This document shows, piece by piece, positions 26,301 to 40,087 of a stretch of DNA of 64,000 nucleotides. Location: NCBI GenBank assembly GCA_000320545.1, contig ADNK01000828.1, positions 168,927 through 232,926 of the forward strand. The letters run 5' to 3'. The notes beneath the pieces were generated by a model, which was not told the DNA's origin, did no database searches, and saw only the letters and a program-made list of their open reading frames with translations. This DNA comes from Bigelowiella natans CCMP2755 (lineage: Eukaryota; Protista; Cercozoa). The stretch's first letter is position 1. Each line of letters begins with the position of its first letter. A program made the translations under genes and the position numbers.

Positions 26301-27044
26301 CAGCAAGATTCCCAAATGAAGAGGCTATTCGTGAATTGTGGGAGCAAAGAATATACCCCGTAGAAAGGTGGTGATAATAGTAATAATAACTTAAGGAGGA
26401 CAGCGTCTATCTTAATCTTAATTTTGGACGATGAAAGAGGATAGATGATTATGATGACGAAGATGATGAATGAACCATAGCATATAAATTGCACACACAT
26501 CCACACATACTCTTATACGCAACTATTGTACAATATATCTATAGACTGAGCGATAGGAGACATGGGAGCGACCAAATAGAATACCTGGTGGAGTGGATGG
26601 GTCAGCCTGAGGCCTACAACTCATGGTATTAGCAGTAGAAGCAGTAAGTAAGCAGCTGGGTAACTAGGTAGTCGTAGTAGTAGTAGTAGTAGTAGTAGTT
26701 GTTGTTGTAGTAGTAATAGGGGATAGTAGTAGTAGTAGTAGTAGTAGTTGTTGTTGTAGTAGTAATAGGGGATAGTAGTCTTGTGATTAAGAGGGGAAGA
26801 CGTAATGATTAATCCCTTGTAATGAATCATAATGGACGAGTTTCTCCCTTTCATTTTTTATTTGTACAAAACAATTCAGGGAACCTGCGGAAAATATAAT
26901 GTCGGCACAACTTGTTCAGGACTTTCTTGCAAACAGAAGAACGGAATCAAATTTTTCTCAAATAGCAGAAACTACTGCAGGTCGAGAGACTAATAAAATA
27001 GGAAGGGGAATGAATGAGGGAGAAATAAATGAATAAAGAAAGAC

Positions 27045-27086
<42 letters not shown>

Positions 27087-28271
27087 GCGGGTATTATGTT
27101 CAGATAATGACATATTCATAAATACCGGCACATCACATCGAAATGATCTAAATGATCGATCATCGACAATTTGTATATTATCTCTCATTTATTCAAACAA
27201 TAGTGGATAATAATGTCACATGGAAAGGAAATACATCTTCTTCTAGTTATTCATTCTTTATGATATCACCATATGGATGATCAACATCCACATCCTCCTC
27301 TTTATCATCATCACGTGCTACTTACTACCGCATGTCGTACTCATGTAGGAGAGTATCACGTAGTACACAAAAATGGCCGGTTAAAAAGAAAGTTTAGCTC
27401 TTGTGCTGATTGCGGTTCTAAGCACTCTGGCTGGGGAACAAATAGGTAGTAGGCGACACTTAATTTTACTATTACTACTACTATTTCTACTTCTTCTACT
27501 ATATCATAATGAAAATAAGCAGTTGTTGTTGCTAGCTATTGGATGATGATGATCGTGATAATAATGGTGGCCTCCTCCTTTCGATTGATTGATCCTCATC
27601 TACTGTCTACTACTACCACATAATTACTTACTAATAAGGTGGGTGGGTATGGAAAAGTATAAAAGACCTCTCTGTGTGAGATGCTACGACCGTTATCGTA
27701 AGGCTGAAGCACAAAGTGGGGGCGGGGGCGGGGGCAGCAGCAATACCGCCTCATACTCCTCCTCGATGGCGCGGAGTAGTAGTGTTGGTAACAATAGGAG
27801 AGGAGGGGTAAGTGGTAGGAGCCAAAGAAGAGCTGGAGGAGGAGGAGGGAGAAGAAGGAGAAGGATTAAACATCAACAGGGAGAAAAGGTAGTGCGGCTT
27901 TGTCATGGTGGTGATGATGATGGTGATAATGATGATGATGCCATTAATATTTAGGAAAGTTGGAGAAATATCACATGTTATAAACTTTATAGAGAATAGC
28001 ACTAAGATGCCATCCCTAATCATCATTAGAACTCAGGAGGGACAGTAGGTATCCCTTCAAATAGAGAGAGTGCGAGATTACCAGCAGCAGCAGTAGCAGC
28101 AGCGAGGAGGAGGAGGAGGGAATCTCTGTTCAAGTCAGTCGAAATTGATGACGACGACGAATATAGTGAGTTATAGCAAGGACAATGTTGTTGTTGTCCT
28201 AGTAAGAAAGTATTGATTATGCATTATAAAAATGGTGTCTCTGCAAATATGTGTATATTTGTTTTTAATGT

Positions 28272-28304
<33 letters not shown>

Positions 28305-30035
28305 TTGCTGCTTCTGCTTTATCCAAGCGTCATCGTTGTGGCCGTCGTTGTCGCCGTTTTGATTTTTGTTGGCAAGTGCGAGGAGTAGTAGTACTTGTGA
28401 ATCATCAATTGACAGTAGTAATAATAGTAGTAGTAGTAGTAGTTTTTGTTAGTAGTGCAGTAGCAGCAGCAGTAGCAGTATTTCTTATACTCGATGCACA
28501 GATCAAAACTTAGTGGTGGCCGTTGTCGTCCCTCCCTCCTTCCTTCCCTCTTAGCATTATGGATCAGTACTACTGCTTAAATGATGATGCTGATGATGAT
28601 AGTATCGTCGTTTGATGTGATTGCCTAGATCATCGTCGTCGGAGACCATCGTCCAACTCTACTACCAATGATGATGATGATGAGGGGGAGGAGGAGGAGG
28701 AGGAAGATAAGGAGAACTACATCCATAGAAAATACAACTACGAAATTGAAACCGATCATGATGCAAAGGAGGTGGCGGGTGAGGCTGCAGATGCTGCAGA
28801 AAAGGAGAAGGCAATCATCTTTACGGTTAGTATTTTGCCACCACCACCACCACCACCACCACCATTGCGTGTACTACGTTTTACTACTGCTGCTGCTGCT
28901 ACTGCTAATACTACCACCACTTCTAACTCTAGCTGTTATTATCTTTTCAATGATAGAGTAATTGTGAAAGAGACCAAAATGCTTAACAACTTGTTTGCAA
29001 TAATAGCATAATCATCATTCCCTCTTCCTATATTTGCTTGCTCTTCCTACCTTGTATCTATCATTTTCGAAGAGGATTCGTGATTCAGCAAAACGTCGTG
29101 ATCAGCAGGAATTCAACGGTGTAGGTGATACGAGATCAAAAGAAGCATCCATGGTGGTTGGTGGTGCTAGTAATAATGGAGACGTCGTAGTATACAAGAC
29201 AGTGTACATCAAAGATTCCAAAAAGTACACTGTGAGTCAGCTTCCAGTAAAAGCAGCATTGCATAGAAATAATAGGAGGAAGAGGAGGTTACAGCACCTC
29301 CTAGGCTTCCAGCAAAACACCAACCAGGTTAGTACAATAATACGAGTAGTCACTGCTCAGGGAAGGAGATAATGATGATGAAGACGATAATGACAACAGC
29401 AGAATACTGTTCGATTAATTAGAATAGTAATGCAGTCATTATTAGGTTTAAAAACACCAATTTTAGAAAGAAAAATATATTATTAGTTTATTGTTCTTCT
29501 AATTATTATGATTATAACAGATGGCAGAAGTTGGCACAGCTACGGAGAAAGCACTTAAGAATCTCATCGCATGCTTCCAGGTAGAATTATTGTGGAAAAG
29601 GCCGGGGGGGGGAGGAGGAAGAGAGGGGACGAGTGAAAGTATTACTTAAAAGTCATGCATATTGATATATTAAGCGAATGATGAGGGTGTAATAATGATG
29701 GATTACTATCCTCACCCCCGCTTCCCCCTTCTCCTTCTCCGTCTCTTTCCTTTCTTTCAGACAAAGGTTCGCCTTGAGCAAGAAAGAGCAAACTATTGGC
29801 AGCAGGAGTACCTGAAACTTAAGACAGCAGCCTCGTTTGGAAATAATAACAACAGTATTATTAAGATCACTACAAGTAACGACTCGGCAAACCAAAAAGC
29901 ACAAATGTCATCGTCACCATCTTTATCGTCATCTACACGACATCAACAAAAGCAGCAACAAAATATGGTAATACTTGATCTTATTTATCAACGTGATGAC
30001 AAGTAGGATTAACATTACCATCCGGTCATATTTGC

Positions 30036-30067
<32 letters not shown>

Positions 30068-32435
30068 TTCTCGTGATTGAAACCAATAAACAGCATCCCA
30101 AGACATCATCTTCTTCTTCATCATAGTAGTCTCTGTCTGAGTGAATGATGATGATGAAGAAGCACAAATGACACTCTTTCCCTTTGTTGATGGACAACAG
30201 GTGATGGAGTTTCAGGGGACTTCTGAAACAGAGTCATTGTCAAAAAGAGGAGGAGGAGGAGGAGTAGCAGGAGGAGGAGGACTAGAGTTATCATCAGCGG
30301 CAGCAGCAGCAACAGCACTTGGAGGTTCATCCTGCTCTCCTCATCATCCAAGGGGGGGGTTGATGAAAGAAGCAGCAGCATCACCGAATAACACCGCTGG
30401 TGATCAAGGTAGCCATGATGCTAATATTACTAATACTGCTACTGCTGCTGCTGATGATTCTCATCCACAATTAGATTCAGTGCTGCCAAGAGGAGCAAAG
30501 TTGTTGGAAAACACAATAACAGCAGGAGAAAGAGGACCATCGTCGTCATCATCACTTCCACCTCAAAGAGAACAAGAAAGGGAACACCCAAAGGCAACAG
30601 CACTAATAATTGAGGTATCAGCAGAAGCAGCAGCAGCAGCAGAACTTCGCACACAAACAAGCCACACCATATGCAATGTCGGTGACCACGACAACGGACT
30701 ACATCAGGTGAATACTAGTGCTAGTAGACCCAAAGAACATCAAGAAGAAGATGATGATGAAGCAGCACAGCAAAAGAAGGGAAAGGACAAGGCTGCTGGT
30801 GACGATAAAGGAGGAGGAGATGGTCGTGAAATGGCTAAAGTCTCAAGAGAGGGCATTAATGGAGGAGATGGTCGTGAAATGGCTCAAGTCTCAACAGAGG
30901 GCATTAGTAATAAAACATGGGTTGATTCTGTTTCTGAAAAAAGAAAGAAGATGATGATCACGAAGAAGCACCAGCAAACAGATTCGACCACTACAGATGC
31001 TACATCATTTTCTCCCCCTCCTACTTCTTCCACTGTGGTAAAATTACCTTTAGAGATTAAGAAGCATCTAAGAAACAGTGTGCACTACAAACTGCTAAAT
31101 TATCATTATGGTAATTATTCGGATAATAATATACGGCGAGCAACCTCCTCGCTCTCCTCGTCATCGAAGAAATTTGCTGTTCTTTCCTTTCAACTAGACA
31201 AGATTACATCCTCGAAGACCTTTCGAGGTAGCAGTAAGAGGAGCAGCAGTAGTAGAATTAAGTACGGTTATTTAGTTAATCAATTTATCATAGCATGTAT
31301 CATCATCATTATACTGTGATAATAATATGTGGTGGTGGAACTTTTCCATGCCCCCCCCTTTAAAACGTTGTCTATTATTTTGTTCTTTTCATTAAGTAGT
31401 GTTAATGGTACATTAAGATGTGCATAATTCACCATTTGTGTCAGGTGGGGAGATAAACCTAACACTACGAGTAGCTTTGTCCGCATCATCATCATCGTTA
31501 TCATCATCTTCATCTGTGGACGGAAAAAAGGAGATAGACGAGAGCCAAAAAAAAGGAGTCGAAGAAGCAAATGAAAAAGAAAAAGGAGGAAAAGTAGTAC
31601 GGAAAGAGAGGCATAATGATTCCCTTCCTCCCCCATCTCCATGTCTCTTTCTCAGAGCTTTGGAAAAACCTAAATTCGAAGTTTTTCTTAAAAAAGCTGC
31701 TCCTGCTACTGCTGCTACTACCGCTGCAATAAGTGTGGCTAATGGTATTGCTCCTCCTGCAGCTGTCTCAACTCCTCATAAAATAGTATCAGGATCGACA
31801 CCAACATCAATCACACACCCGTCATCGGTATTATCATCATCATCTTCTTCTTCTACCTCATTTACTGATTCTTCTTGCTGGACGAAAGGTAGGAAGTAGC
31901 CTCATGCATGCTTCTAAGTAGTATTATGTTTGTAGTCAGTAATAAATACATCAAACAACACAACGCGCACAAAAGAAGCAACACAACAGCTAATGTTACC
32001 GGTGATGATAATGATGGTATGGATAGTAACAGTACCATCATCATGTAGTTCACGTTGATAACCAATGACATCCTAGCCTTGTTCATGTTATTCTCTTCAA
32101 TCTCATCCTCATCCTCATCCTCATCCTCCTCATCCTCCTCATAATCATTGTTTTAGTTGACTCTACGGTGACAATTGCTTCCCTGCAAAAAGAAGAAGAT
32201 AATGATGTTGTTACCATTAACAACGATGAGGATATTGGCCTCGAAGCTAATGATGGAATAAGTAGTGATAACACCAACTATTCCTATTTCAAAGTATCGA
32301 TTTCATTCTCACTTGATCACAACCACTACTACAATTTTGCTTCTTCTGACTCTGCTCCAAAGCATAGCATGAAGGTACTGTACTTGAGCCACTACTACCA
32401 TCTCGCACTACCACAACTATTTTAAAGTGAGATAA

Positions 32436-32478
<43 letters not shown>

Positions 32479-32565
32479 AGCTGATATGTTATTTTTGTTA
32501 TGTATACGATTCAATAAGCGCGCAATACTACTCATTGGTTATCCTACAGCTGCTGCTGCTGATAC

Positions 32566-32599
<34 letters not shown>

Positions 32600-33574
32600 G
32601 TTAATTCATGTTACTACTGATGTGATAACGACATAACATTATAGTATTGTCTACTTTGACCACGGTTTAAGTCCTCCGCCTCCTCCTCCTACTCTTCCAC
32701 TACCTTCATCATACAATCAATGTGCTGGTGTATCAGAATCATCCTGTTCCAAGCAAATCATCGGTATCCTTATCATCATCATCATCATTTTCACCGCCGT
32801 CTTGGTCGTTCCGTTGGGTAAGAGTAAAGCTTTCTCTCTCACTGGATAACAAGAGTAGTACTACCAATGACGGCGCTGCTGATATCAATAATGATAGAGC
32901 GTGTAGAGGAGGAGGAGGAGGAGGAGGAGGAGGAGGAGGAGATAATACGTGTTTGCCACAAAGGAGCAGTACATTGATGGCGGCTGGTACTTCAACCCAT
33001 CATGTGACTACTACTGATGATGCACCCACTTCTTTTCATGATGATCATCATACAATTTCCTACAAAATTGATGATGGAGAGACTAAAGAAAGAGGGGGGG
33101 GAGGGAATACATCATCATCACAAATGGAGGAAGAGAAGGAGGACGAGGAGGATGAGAAGATACTCCAGCAGGAGATTAGCACTTTGGAAACTACTAAGGA
33201 GATAGTCATGATGAGGAAGGGACAAGAAGAAGAAGAAAAAGAAAAAGAAGAAGAAAAAGAGGAAAAAGAAGGACGACGAACACCGATAATAACGACATCA
33301 CTGGTAGTTTGAATATCATTATCACTGTTATTGTTATTATTATTATTAAGAGCAAAGTATGCGCTGAATATACATGTCTATCTCTCTGTGGGTAGATCTA
33401 AAAACAACTGTTTTAAGTACTGATTATTCTTTGATGTCTTCGTACAACATTATCTCACATATATAAGAAGACAAATCGATGTTATTTGAGACTGTTATGT
33501 CATTGATTTTTATGCTTTCTCTTAAACGTCATGTATGTTTCTTATTTCAGATTAAAATATAAATATGTATCAAT

Positions 33575-33609
<35 letters not shown>

Positions 33610-36282
33610 TATATATTCTGTTTATTGTTAGGGCTTGGTGGATGCGTACATTAAGTTTTTCCCCAGAGAAAATCAAGGAGAAATGGATTTGAAGAAGAAA
33701 AGCACAGGGCGTTGTAGTAGTAGCAGGGGTAGTAGTGGTAGAATAATCCGTAATACTTCTACCACCACTACTACTAATACTAATACTACTACTCAGAGGG
33801 CAAGAGGTAGGTCCGTAGCTAGTTTCTCCTGCTATTACTACTACTACAACTACTACTTCTTCTACCTTTCCTCCTAATCTTTACTCAAATTACTGATGAT
33901 TATTGTCACACACCACATCTAATCAATCAGGAGCAGCGTCGCTACTACCCCCCAACACCTCCACCTCCTCCCCGTCATCACCTTCCTATTTCTTGCCTAA
34001 AAACAGTGCAACAACATCAATGACAACAATCCCCTGGGAAGCAATGGTGGTGAGGAAAATCATCAGAGTAGCAAGGGGAGAAGAAAAACAAAATGGAGGA
34101 GGTACAGAAGTAGGAGGGGGAGGACAGAATCAAAATGAGACATCATCATCTGGTTCTGGTTTAGTAGTTGGTACAAGTAGTAATAGTACGAGCAGTAGTG
34201 CTGTTGAATTTAAAGAAAGGATAATTAATGACCCATCAAGTCAACATCAGCACCAGCACCAGCACCATCAGCAGAAAGAACATGGACAAAGTCATAACTG
34301 TCAAGGGGGAGGCGAGACTATAGAAGGGGAAAATAATAATAGTAATATCATCAACATTTTAAGTAGTAACTACAACAACAATAACAACGATAAAAGCAGG
34401 CAGAAGCTTTCTCCTGTTTCTATTGGGTCAAAATGCGGAGAATCGTTGATGCTAATGATACCGCAGAAATACTTCGAAATGAATTTGTCAAAGAAGAAGA
34501 AGGAATCATTGCCGTCGTCCTTATCCTCCTCCCTGCCATCGTCAAAAGTTGGACGCTTTTTTGCATCGTTTTCATACTGCATTAGTTTTTTAGAAGCACC
34601 GATTGAATACCAGACGAAGAAATCGTCTGTAAGTCTATCAATCAGTGGCCTCAAGAGCTACTTCTGGCCACGTAATAGTAATAATAAGAAGACAAACAAT
34701 AACAACAACATCGTCAATGCTGTCCCACTCAAAGATGATAATGATCAAACAAATTGGCAAGATCTAGGAGTACGTGTAGGGCCATACGATATCATAATGC
34801 AGAAAAGTGGCAACGTCACATTTAAGCTCGATCAGGATTTTTGTCAATGCCTTGAAGAGGAGCAAAATAGCAGTAGTAGTAGTAGTAGAAACAAGGAGAA
34901 GGACGATTATGCTGTGTATAAAGTACTTAGAATTGAAGTAGATTGCGACGAAATGATGGAAGGACAGGAAGTTACAATATGGTGTGGTGTTATCCAACTA
35001 CTAACCCTATTTCACTATTATTATTATTATTATTATTATTATTGTTATTTTTGATAATGATTATTAGTGTACTACATGATGTGCAATTTCGTAGTATGTG
35101 TTTACCGTGCACGCACGTGTAACACATAGTATATAAGATAAGACCGATTTTTCATTAACAAAAGGGTCATGTTTAAAGAATATGTCAGTGATGAGTTGAT
35201 ATGAGTAATATTAGATATTATTGTGCATCATATGTGGATTGCTATGTTAGCACCAACTCGTTAAAACAGAGCTGCTGTTGGTGATATTCTTCTTATCTGA
35301 TCATGCACCGTCGTCATCGTCGTCGTCATTGTTGCTAAATGCCAGGGATTGTTGTGTGCAATACATCGTTGATGACCCAGTAGCAGCAGCAGCTAAACTT
35401 GAGCACGGTGATGACAGTGGCGAGGTATATCTACTCCTCCTCCTCCTCCTCCTCCTCCTCCTACTATTAATACCACTACTACTGCTACTGCTTTTACTAC
35501 TGCAACTACACTACTACTACTACTACTACTACTACACTACTGCTACACGCAACTGTGGATGTCATAGTGTTAATTGTTTAAATTTTGACCATCAACGCAC
35601 TGTCGTGGGTTGTGCTTAGATGATAAAGGAAGGGAACGAAAAACAAGAAGAAATTCATGAAGCAGACAAGCAAAAGGTCATTATAGGATCATCAGCAAGC
35701 CATTATATAGTAGAAGGAAATCAGCAGCAGCAGCAGCAACAACAGGCAATAATCACTAACACTCTCACTCCTACCACAAGTCATCATCATCATCAACAGC
35801 TCACTTTAAGCAGCAGCAGCAGCAGCAGTAGACTTGCTGGGTATCATCACCATCATCATCGTTCATACTCCTACTACCGCTTTCACTTACTCGTCATCAC
35901 CACCACCAGCAGCAGTAGCTAGCAAAGATAATATGAAATAGAATAAGATGACCGAGTGCTTTGCGGTTATGTATCATTGTCAGTTACTACTACTACTACT
36001 ACTACTACTACTACAACTAAAAAAAAAAATAATAATAATGTGATAATGATAGTTAGAGAGAGAGAGAGGGAGAGAGAGAGTCTCAAACAAAATCTTCGTC
36101 ATCCTAACTTTATATGACGTATTGACAGCAAACATTTTCCCACTCAGCAGCAGCAGCCGATGATGATGATGATGATGACGCCGACGACGATAAACTCTCT
36201 GCAAGATCACGACGTGAAAAGGAACAGCAATTACAATTCTACTACGATCACTCCGACAACTCGGCATCCTGGTCATCGTAAG

Positions 36283-36313
<31 letters not shown>

Positions 36314-36801
36314 ATATAATTGTTATCGTTATGATCATCATTGATTACACTATCCTCGTCGTTTGTATCTAACACTACTCTCCCTTCTTCCCCCCTCACT
36401 TTTGCTGTCGTGATTCTGAATTCAAAGGCATGCTACAGGTGGTACATCCATTAGGTGGAGAGTCCTTTCGTGCAGGGTCCAGTCTTAAAGTAGAATGGAC
36501 GTATTCTGGAAACGTCGGCACATATGTGTCAATTAAGCTTTTTCGGGCATCAATGTCACAAGAGGTGGTGGGACTGATTATGATAAATAAGAAAACTACG
36601 TGATTTCGAAAGAGGCTGATCCAATTGAAGGGATCGATGCTGTAATGAGATCTTCTTGCGAAGTGTTTGCTGGTGGTATTGGATTGGGGGGTAGGATGGA
36701 AGATAGATGAAGCAAGAAATTCAGAACCTGCTAACAATGTAACTCCATTGTCGAATATAATTGAAAGGGATTCGAAGAGGAGAACCTTGAAGCAACAATA
36801 G
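23317..36801 (+). CDS. Very large chromatin-associated protein: chromodomain, C2HC Zn finger, AT-hook, CxxC-H-H-C motif, second chromodomain, GATA-like C4 finger, coiled coil, long low-complexity exons, C-terminal beta-rich domain; start and single-gene status uncertain
   Basis: [35 protein letters not shown]|AENL (23.63-23.81 kb). FQCN|ICNRYFRAPQGLARHMKGC (24.08-24.27 kb). KHGRPRKH (~24570). CPACQGKHRAHIC (~25400). IYPVER|LSDRRHGSDQIEYLVEWMGQPEAYNSW|EPAENI (26.36-26.9 kb). CADCGSKHSGWGTN|RWVGMEKYKRPLCVRC (27.4-27.7 kb). The last plausible stop is TAG 36799-36801. No 3'-type island interrupts the span. Confidence 0.7.
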
Positions 36802-37199
36802 CGACTTTCGTTAACGTACAGAGGTGTGAATTTGAGGTCACACTTCCTATAAACTTACGGCCTTCAGATTGCTACAGGTGATTCTTGTCAACAATTGCTA
36901 CGTAGGGGATAACATTAGCTCATATTTCAAATATTAGGTTGGAAATGGCATCCCACGACAATCCAATTGTTTGCGGTTACAGTAGATATTTTTCCGTTAC
37001 ATCCGCTTTTTTCACATAATTAACGTTGCTGTTTCGATTAAAATATTCCTCAATGTAAAAGTCAAGAGTTGAGTTGAAAGGTGAAGCATTTTTAGCAATT
37101 CACCCGTCTCGTTATTACGCAAAGCTAGAAAGAAACAGAACGGCGTGACATCATCATTCATGCATGATTGTTCATCATCATTTAAGCTACTAAAAACAT

Positions 37200-38200
37200 G
37201 CACTACTCTCTAGACTCCAGCTAGCTAGCCATTCCCATGTCAAGAAGTCATTGTGCAGATTCATGCGGCAAGGTGGCCATCCAAATTTGATGTGCTGTGT
37301 GGACTGTCCACAAACTTCATGATCTAGACTAGTAATTCTAGAGATGACAAAGATGTTCAAAGTTTGTGCGCAAATGAACATGAACCATGCTTTTCATTGA
37401 GCTGTGCTAGTGTGGTCCAGTGGTGGCCAGCTTGCGAAGCTACATTTTTTTGAAGCAACTAGCTAGCTAGTAGGTGAGCAGATATTGTTGCAACAAAGCT
37501 CTCTAGCTCTGCTGCTCTGGAGCTAAGCTAGCTAGCTAGTACGCTCTAACTAGCTAGCTAGCGCTACTCAAGCAATGCTAGAGTGCTACAGTGACATGCT
37601 CTAGTGGTGCTGACAACCGACACTAGATAGCTAGCTAGCTAGCTAGGACAGCTACGCTAGTACGCCTTCATTCTAGCTTTGTCTAGTCATGCTAGCATGC
37701 TAGCATGCTAGAATGCGTGAGAATGAACGTGCCAGACACAACTAGCTAGCTAGACAAATGTGGGCATGCTAGCATGCCTACTAGCCTAGCTGTAGCTAGC
37801 TAGATGCATTCTAGCATTGTTAGATTGCTAACTAGCTAGATTGGGCACGGCGAGCGCTGAGATGTCTAGATGTGCATCTAGCTAGCTAGCTCTAGAGCTA
37901 TGATCCACACACCTAGCTAGCTAGACATTTCTAGACCTTCTTGCTGGAAGATGCTAGAATGTTTCATCCACAGATCTAGAGATCTAGAGACTCTAGAGTT
38001 GAATCTGATGCACGCGAGCAGTGACAATGTCACTCATCAATCACATGACAAACAACAACGTGTAGCTACACTAGAGTAGACTTCGTGTCTGATCATCTTC
38101 TCACTGTCTTTTATTCACGAGATGGTTACTCTGTGGTGTGCATGCTGTAGCAGACCAGACCAAAATGTCATTGCAACTAGCTGGCAAAGAAACTGCATCG
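37200..38200. other. Strongest CTAG/TAGC/CATG palindrome island, between convergent 3' ends
   Basis: Many (TAGC)n runs. (CATGCTAG)3 at 37688-37711, AGTGACA-A-TGTCACT at 38020-38034, GTGTAGCTACAC at 38060-38071, GTGGAC-T-GTCCAC at ~37300. Confidence 0.9.
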
Positions 38201-38289
38201 GTCACGTCTTGCAATTTAATAATACGATGATATAGAAGGAATGTACAATGGAGACTAGGGTGCGAATCAACCAATCGTCGTCGTCGTCG

Positions 38290-39007
38290 TTAGCCAGCAG
38301 TTGGTCCGACTCCGGTCCAGCTGAAATACTTCATTCTACCTGCAGCTCTGTTGAGGAACATATCAATTGTGTGTTTGTTGTCATTGCATCGTCATCATCA
38401 TCATTAAGCATTCACATGTGCTTCACAAATAGTTTCTCAAGTCGTACTACCTTTTCCAGCTTGGCACGCAGCTCTTTACAGTCATCAAACCCGCATAAAT
38501 TAAGCACAAACACCCCACAATAACGTACACCGATCCCAAAAAGAAATTTTCACCCCCCAGAATAGTTACAGTTGACAACATGACGTGCTTCTCGCCGTCA
38601 AAATCTGAAACTCGGAAGTTGTTTTGTATTGTCAGCTCAAGCGTGTCCCCTGCTTCGAAATCCATATCATTGATCTTGCGATGTAATTTACTGAATCTTG
38701 GAAACCCGGCGACACGAAACCAAACTCTAAATTCTTGAGAAGTCGGAAGTGGTAACGTATTGCCCTCTGTTCCAATTCTCGAAACGTCCTGATTTTCATT
38801 CGGAAAATGTTGATAAAGCCTGACTCAAACGAAATTAAACGATACATACATCATATTGAGTTTTAAGGAAAACTATCTTTGTACCGCCAAGTCGTCAGGA
38901 TTTGAGATGTTCAGAAATTTGTCATCATCAGACTCCCATGCAATGTCACTGCCGTCAAAATTCTGAAGTGATATTTATACTATGTGCATGCTTGTGTGTA
39001 TGTGGAG

Positions 39008-39046
<39 letters not shown>

Positions 39047-40010
39047 GTGTGTGTGTGTGTGTGTGTGCGTATATCCACAAATTTGAAGGTACAATCTTTT
39101 ATAACAAGCTCTTTTATGACATCTCCTGAAAGAGTCGTTCGGTTCCCGTCTCGAATTAATATAGCCGAATATTCATCTAATTGTACATGTTCGTGGTATG
39201 AGACAACGTGGAGGTAAAAGAATTTTTCAGAAACTATTTACGTATTAAGTTTGGGATATACACCATTGAAGAAGCTGTTTGCAATTATTCCACACGGGTA
39301 TATTGGCATGCCATTTCTGTTCTTAGCCTCGTCGATAGTGCAAGAACCTACTTCCTGTGCTTCGCCTCGAAGTTGCTGTGATGTTTTCGGTATAATAAAA
39401 TATTTCGATAGAAGTAATTAAAAATAAATACAAAGACGACGACGACGATGACGATGATGAACGACAACGAGGACCCGAATATCAAAATCTTGGACATAAG
39501 ATCTATGGTTCTGGTAAAAATTCACCAGCCTGTAGTAGAAGTAAATTGGTGCTTCCTGATGCCAATGATGAGTAGAGTATTTTGTTCAGTAATTCGACTA
39601 TATATCTTCATTTCAATATGAACCATTTTTTCGTCGATATCCAGGCTAATTGTGCACGATGATTGACCGTCGCAAATTTGGTCGTATCGCTTTGAGAGAG
39701 ACACAACCTAAAACTACCTGCTTTATTTATCACAAATCTAAATGATGTCCCCCATCTTTGTTACCTGGTTCGACGCCTGTAGGATTACTATTCCTAGGAT
39801 AATGAAAATAACGGCCACAACGTAAAAGATCTGGGCTATGCACATAGGTCTCCAATTCGGCCGCCATGTACGAAGTCTCTGCTGAGAAAAATCATTCTTC
39901 TCGTACCTTGCCTTCTTTTGAACCTAAGAATTCTTCAGTTCAACAATTAACCAAATAGAACTAGCTCTCTTTACATTTGTCAGATCTTCTTCGTCTTGCA
40001 CATCAGTCAT
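38290..40010 (-). CDS. CDC50: CDC50/LEM3 family P4-ATPase (flippase) beta subunit
   Basis: MTDVQDEEDLTN|VQKKARYEKNDFSQQRLRTWRP.. TM1 IFYVVAVIFIILGIVILQASNQ; SQEFRVWFRVAGFPRFSKLHRKI; TVTILGGENFFLGSVYVIVGCLC; C-terminal KRAAGRMKYFSWTGVGPTAG* (TAA 38290-38292). Confidence 0.93.
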
Positions 40011-40046
40011 ATTTGATAGTCTTCTTCTTCCTAAAAAGTCTCTTTC

Positions 40047-40087
<41 letters not shown>

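Larger units (their letters stand above)
4540..36400. repeat. Dense intronic (and exonic) microsatellites
   Basis: (GTA/TAC)n, (GAT/ATC)n, (CCT/AGG)n, (GAA)n, (AT)n, (GT/AC)n, (GA)n in nearly every intron of the long genes, also at 41.9-46.1, 50.7-52.8 and 56.4-64 kb. They generate the poly-L/I/V/S/Y pseudo-ORFs of the ORF track. Confidence 0.95.

Noticed and set aside
26690-26785. 45-bp intronic tandem duplication, and a 48-nt exonic duplication at ~30820-30910
   Set aside because: Ordinary slippage products in a microsatellite-rich genome, with no evidence of function.
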